The translations under genes were made by a program, and so were the position numbers. Shown piece by piece: positions 16,239-20,000 of a stretch of DNA of 20,000 bases. The first letter of the stretch is position 1. Each line of letters begins with the position of its first letter. This stretch comes from an uncultured virus (IMG/VR IMGVR_UViG_3300028897_000592) (taxonomy: Duplodnaviria > Heunggongvirae > Uroviricota > Caudoviricetes), in the IMG/VR virus record IMGVR_UViG_3300028897_000592. One strand, given 5' to 3'. The notes under the pieces were generated by a model. The model had not been told where the DNA came from, did not search any database, and saw only the letters and a list, made by a program, of their open reading frames with translations.

Positions 16239-16262
16239 GACAGACAGACAGATAGATAGAAA
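16239..16262 (+). repeat. (GACA)3(GATA)2GAAA tetranucleotide repeat directly upstream of the RBS
   Basis: GACAGACAGACAGATAGATAGAAAGGAGAGAGACATG. Confidence 0.8.
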
Positions 16263-16272
16263 GGAGAGAGAC

Positions 16273-16641
16273 ATGTACTTAAAAATAATCAGACATTTAG
16301 GTGACGAACTAGGGGTATCCTCAAGAAGAGGAAGTCTTGAGGACAAAGTAGTACCAATAGAACATCATATTTTTGAGTGTACAGAAGCTAGGTACAGGAA
16401 AACTTCTGTAAAACGAGTAGCTGAGTTTCATGACATAATAAATAAAATGGATGTTGTACGAATTATTACTCCTGTATATGATGACTTAGGAGAAGAAGAA
16501 CCGTTCGAGTTTATTCAAATTCATACAGTTATTAAAGAAGATGATGATAAGTATAGTTGGGAGAATTTAATTTGTAGAGATTGTGTACTTTATGTTATGA
16601 ACAACGAGGGTAAAACTATAGACAGTTTAGTCTGTAGATAA
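16273..16641 (+). CDS. hypothetical protein with C-terminal YVMNNEGKTID motif
   Basis: ATG 16273 (MYLKIIR) after AAGGAG. The ORF-track extension from 16219 translates the repeat region. Confidence 0.75.
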   Translation: MYLKIIRHLGDELGVSSRRGSLEDKVVPIEHHIFECTEARYRKTSVKRVAEFHDIINKMDVVRIITPVYDDLGEEEPFEFIQIHTVIKEDDDKYSWENLICRDCVLYVMNNEGKTIDSLVCR

Positions 16642-16690
16642 CAACTAAATTTATGTCTGTCTTACTTTTTAAAATCTTGGAGAGCTAATT

Positions 16691-16855
16691 ATGAAATGTA
16701 TTTCTACATTTTCGGGTGGAAAAGAACTAGAGGGCGAATTAGTGAAATCGAATTTTTATACTGTAATAATGAGGGTTTATTGTCCAAAAAAGAAAATAGA
16801 TAAAATAATTAGGAGACATAAGAAGCGACACTGTGTTAATATTCTGAGTAAATAA
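16691..16855 (+). CDS. 54-aa basic protein, possible SH3/Sm-like small beta barrel
   Basis: Hand translation: MKCISTFSGGKELEGELVKSNFYTVIMRVYCPKKKIDKIIRRHKKRHCVNILSK. GGAG RBS. Confidence 0.6.
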   Translation: MKCISTFSGGKELEGELVKSNFYTVIMRVYCPKKKIDKIIRRHKKRHCVNILSK

Positions 16856-16864
16856 TGGAGTTGA

Positions 16865-17794
16865 GTGATGACTGATGCTATTCTAATAGGACCTTGCATT
16901 GGAGAGATGTATTGGGAGTTCGCAAGATTTGCACCAATGATTCCTTACATGAAATTTAAAAAATATAAAAATAAAGATATCAAATATATAGTATATACTA
17001 GACCAGATAGATTTGATATATATGGAACTTTTGTTGATGTTCTTGTCCCTTTGAGGATTCCTGGGGATGGGCAGAAATATCTTGGAAATTGTTATCGACT
17101 TAATAGGTTTCCTTTAGAACAATATAGACTTCTAACAGCAAAATTCAGGAAGAGTTACAAAAAACGGTTTAATATAGTAAAACATATTTTCCCTAAATTA
17201 GAAGGAAAAGCCTTTCTCAGAAAGGACCAGTTTTCTAGAAACGAAATGTTATTCAAATACTCACCAAGGAAAAGTAATTACAAGACCGTGGAGGAGTATA
17301 TTCCGAATGATAAACCATTGATAGTTCTAGCACCTAGATATAGAATCGGTTTTCAACGGAACTGGAAACATTGGGACTCATTTTATGACATGTTATCTGG
17401 TCACCCTTTAAGGTCAAATTTTAATTTTATTATATGTGGAAAAGAAGGTGAGTATGTTCCCGATAAGAAAGGGAGGTTCCTTGATTTAACTAATATTCCT
17501 CTTACTGAAAATTCGTCTTTAATTGGTCTCTTAATGGTAGTTATGGAAAAAGCATATTTTACTTGTGGAAGTCAGTCAGCAATTCCAAACATTTCATTAT
17601 TGTACGGAGTTCCAGTTTTGGAATGGGGTCATCAAAAACGTTATCATACGATAGACTACAATATTATGCATACTCCAATAACTTTTCTTGAAGATATGAA
17701 GTATAATTTAGAACCGAAGGTGGTCTTGAAAACATTAAACAAAATTTTAACAAAGAAACTTGAAGGAGAAAAAAAGCATGGAAAAAAGAAATGA
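16865..17794 (+). CDS. GT-B fold glycosyltransferase-like protein (distant GT9-like)
   Basis: GPCIGEMYWE N-terminal loop, PLIVLAPRYR...RNWKHW, FTCGSQSAIPNISLLYGVPVLEW (equivalent to the GT9 DSGxxHxA..G.P segment). ATG 16868 is an alternative start. Confidence 0.65.
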   Translation: MMTDAILIGPCIGEMYWEFARFAPMIPYMKFKKYKNKDIKYIVYTRPDRFDIYGTFVDVLVPLRIPGDGQKYLGNCYRLNRFPLEQYRLLTAKFRKSYKKRFNIVKHIFPKLEGKAFLRKDQFSRNEMLFKYSPRKSNYKTVEEYIPNDKPLIVLAPRYRIGFQRNWKHWDSFYDMLSGHPLRSNFNFIICGKEGEYVPDKKGRFLDLTNIPLTENSSLIGLLMVVMEKAYFTCGSQSAIPNISLLYGVPVLEWGHQKRYHTIDYNIMHTPITFLEDMKYNLEPKVVLKTLNKILTKKLEGEKKHGKKK

Positions 17795-18038
17795 TTGGCT
17801 TGAAATGAATTTAAGAACAATTCAAACTATAAGAACTCAACTTTATGACTATCATATGAAAGGTTCTTATGGTGGTGAACTTCCTTTACTTCAAATTGAG
17901 AGACTTTTAAGACAAGCCTCAGAAGAGATAAATAAACTTCAATTAGAAATTAATAGTCTTAATAAGAGAGTTGAAGAATTAACACTTATGACTAGTCAAC
18001 CTGAAGCTGAACCTGAACAAGAGGTTAAGAGTGCGTAA
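17778..18038 (+). CDS. coiled-coil hypothetical protein
   Basis: ATG 17778 after AAGGAG. Heptads ASEEINKLQLEINSLNKRVEEL. Confidence 0.65.
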   Translation: MEKRNDWLEMNLRTIQTIRTQLYDYHMKGSYGGELPLLQIERLLRQASEEINKLQLEINSLNKRVEELTLMTSQPEAEPEQEVKSA

Positions 18039-18811
18039 TAAGGCTTTCCTCTTTGGTCCTTTTATCGGTTCGTTATCTTGGGAGATGTATAGGTTCGCTC
18101 CGTACGCAATATTCTTAAAGAAACAGGAACCAAGAACTAAACTGATTGTTATGACTAGACCAGAAAGGTTTGACCTTTATGGTCAACACGCTGATATTCT
18201 TGTTCCCTTAAGATTAAAAGGAGAAGAGAGTTACAGGCAGGAAGGGTTTAGTTTGGAAGACTTTTCGTTAGATACATATGAGCTGATAAAGAGTTCCTTT
18301 TTCAACCAGTACAAACAAAAGTTTTCTATAAAGAACATGTTTTGTCCAAATATTAGAGAATTTATGTTTAAAATAAAATGGCAATTTCCTAGGGATAAAA
18401 TGAACTATGATTTTAAGCCTAGACAAACTAATAAAGAACTTATAGAGAAGATAGATAAGCAACCAACTTTTGTTGATTGTTGACTTTTCGTGGGTAAAGC
18501 AACCAAACGATAGGAATCTACTTCTTAACTATTTATCGAAATTCAGTTTCGTTAGTTCGACAGATATACAGAAGATTTCTTTTGGAGAAAATGCTTCTTT
18601 ACTTGGGTGTGTGATTGAAGTAATTAAAAGGTCGAAAGTAGCGATTGGAAATTTGAATTCTCCAATTTCGCATTTATCAATTTTATTGGGAACCAAATTA
18701 GTTTCAATTGATGATAGAATGTCAGACGATGACGTTCATTTACTTAATCCACTTAAAACTGAAGTAGTTAGATACAATAACGTTCTAGAAAGACTTAAGA
18801 GTGTGAGGTGA
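18031..18811 (+). pseudogene. Frameshifted paralog of the 16865 GT-B-like gene (ORFs 18031..18483 and 18470..18811)
   Basis: The N-half aligns with the paralog N-terminus (GPFIGSLSWEMYRFAP, TRPERFDLYG, DILVPLRL). The C-half aligns with its C-terminus (ENASLLG...ISHLSILLG). The +1 break lies at TTT-TGTTGA-TTGTTGA. Confidence 0.7.
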
Positions 18812-18818
18812 ACGGAAC

Positions 18819-18938
18819 ATGACGATTCTAAGTTTTGTTATCGGCATTTTATTTACAATCTTTCTATATGATTTAGTAGACAATGTTATGAGAAAGTTTA
18901 TAAGTTTGATAAAACTGGTTATAGAATATATTAGATAA
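18819..18938 (+). CDS. 39-aa small membrane protein
   Basis: Hand translation: MTILSFVIGILFTIFLYDLVDNVMRKFISLIKLVIEYIR. GAGGTG RBS. Confidence 0.5.
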   Translation: MTILSFVIGILFTIFLYDLVDNVMRKFISLIKLVIEYIR

Positions 18939-18950
18939 GGGAACTTTTAC

Positions 18951-19943
18951 ATGCGTATCGTTTTTAATTTAATTGGTTGTGGTTTAGGAAACAATGGTGG
19001 AAGTTTGACTATTGTACGATCTGCAAACGTTCTATCTGATTTAGGTCATGAAGTATTTATAGTGGATTCGATGAGAAATCAACATTCGTGGACTAAATTA
19101 AAAGTTCCACATATTATACCAAGACGGAACGGAATTGCCCCAAAAGCTGATGTAGTTATTGCTACTGGTTATGAAACAGTCAACCCTACTCTTATATATC
19201 CCAGTAAGTTACGAGTTCATTGGATAAGAGGGTGGGAAACTTGGAAAATAAGTGAGAAAAAAATACTTAAAAAAATTCTAAGCGTTCCTACAATCAAAAT
19301 TGTAAATAGTACTGGTCTTCAAAATAAACTGAAACAATTCAATGTTCAATCTTATGTTATCAGACCCGGAAATGATTTAAATGAGTGTTTTCCGATGTAT
19401 ATTAGAAAAAGTAAAGAAATTATTATAGGAGGACTTTATCATAGAAGACATGAGAGCAAGCGAGATTTCTGGGTTGTAGAAACTGTTAAAAGTTTAAAGA
19501 AAAAGAGGAAAGATATAAAATTATATATGTTAGGAGTTTACAAAAATCCGCATTATACTGAGATTAATAGGTATTTTCAAGAACCAGAAGATAGTAAAAA
19601 GAACGTTTTTTATAATAAAGTTTCAATTTGGTTATCTCCGAGTATGAATGAAGGTTTACATATTGTTCCACAGGAGGCAATGCTAACTGAATGTCCAGTT
19701 GTTACAACAGATACAGAACTTGCTGGAACAGAAGATTATATTAAACATATGAAGACTGGATTAGTTTCTGAAAATAATTTACGTTCATTTATAAGTCAAA
19801 CAGAACGTTTAGTAAAAGATAAAGATCTAAGACACCAGTTAGGTGTCGATGGACGGAAGAAAATTATTGAACTTGGAGATAGAGAAGACAATATGAGAAG
19901 GATGGTGAAGTTATTTGAGGAATTATTAAGTGGAAGTGACTAA
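18951..19943 (+). CDS. Glycosyltransferase family 4 (GT-B, retaining)
   Basis: NNGGSLTIVRSANVLSDLGHEV, ADVVIAT, EGLHIVPQEAM (EX7E), PVVTTD, TGLV. Confidence 0.9.
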   Translation: MRIVFNLIGCGLGNNGGSLTIVRSANVLSDLGHEVFIVDSMRNQHSWTKLKVPHIIPRRNGIAPKADVVIATGYETVNPTLIYPSKLRVHWIRGWETWKISEKKILKKILSVPTIKIVNSTGLQNKLKQFNVQSYVIRPGNDLNECFPMYIRKSKEIIIGGLYHRRHESKRDFWVVETVKSLKKKRKDIKLYMLGVYKNPHYTEINRYFQEPEDSKKNVFYNKVSIWLSPSMNEGLHIVPQEAMLTECPVVTTDTELAGTEDYIKHMKTGLVSENNLRSFISQTERLVKDKDLRHQLGVDGRKKIIELGDREDNMRRMVKLFEELLSGSD

Positions 19944-20000
19944 AGTAGAAACGGTATTATCAGATTTAGAAAATCATATTAAAAAAAGAGAGTCCTTCAG
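19936..20000 (+). CDS. 5' end of next gene (partial), possibly another glycosyltransferase
   Basis: GTG 19936 overlapping the GT4 stop: MTKVETVLSDLENHIKKRESF..., open to the window end. Confidence 0.4.
   Translation, partial: MTKVETVLSDLENHIKKRESF

Larger units (their letters stand above)
16232..16668. repeat. Perfect 15-bp inverted repeat pair flanking a gene (AAAGTAAGACAGACA / TGTCTGTCTTACTTT)
   Basis: Arms at 16232-16246 and 16654-16668. Confidence 0.85.

Noticed and set aside
16231..16669. Autonomous insertion sequence
   Set aside because: Only about 440 bp and the enclosed protein has no DDE, HUH or recombinase motif. The 4-bp TAAA flanks are weak evidence of a target duplication.
9438..18462. 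Minus-strand ORFs 9438..9626, 10088..10294, 12040..12333, 13680..13985, 14770..14979, 15922..16212, 16071..16346, 18268..18462
   Set aside because: Antisense shadows of well-supported plus-strand genes, Ser/Phe/Leu-rich as expected from reverse-complemented Glu/Lys codons.
1..20000. Stop-codon recoding (code 15 or 4) as in some large phages
   Set aside because: Code 11 gives dense, long ORFs. TAG and TGA end genes at sensible, coupled boundaries (e.g. helicase TAG, ATGA overlaps).

Overview
An AT-rich, gene-dense segment that looks like a large (probably jumbo, T4-like/myovirus-type) bacteriophage genome read in standard code 11. The left arm (1-6799, minus strand) has replication and early genes. 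These are the N-terminus of a Zn-finger DNA primase, an RFC/gp44-type clamp-loader ATPase, a Dda/RecD-like SF1B helicase and many small Cys-rich proteins, including a DnaJ-type Zn finger and a PxxKW-like protein that hints at a Desulfobacterota host. It also holds a 59-nt tRNA-like element with no D-arm. A 630-bp divergent intergenic region (6800-7430) looks like a replication origin: two G.A-mismatch hairpins on opposite strands, AGAAC and ACTAGT repeats, and TATATATA boxes. The right arm (7431-20000, plus strand) has large unknown or probably structural genes, a Nudix hydrolase, an actin-fold ATPase and an acidic putative head protein. It ends in a cluster of at least five glycosyltransferase-like genes (GT9-like, GT2, two GT-B paralogs with one frameshifted, GT4). 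Inside that cluster is a small gene bracketed by a perfect 15-bp inverted repeat, with a GAYA microsatellite at its RBS. All functional calls come from reading motifs by eye; no database searches were run.
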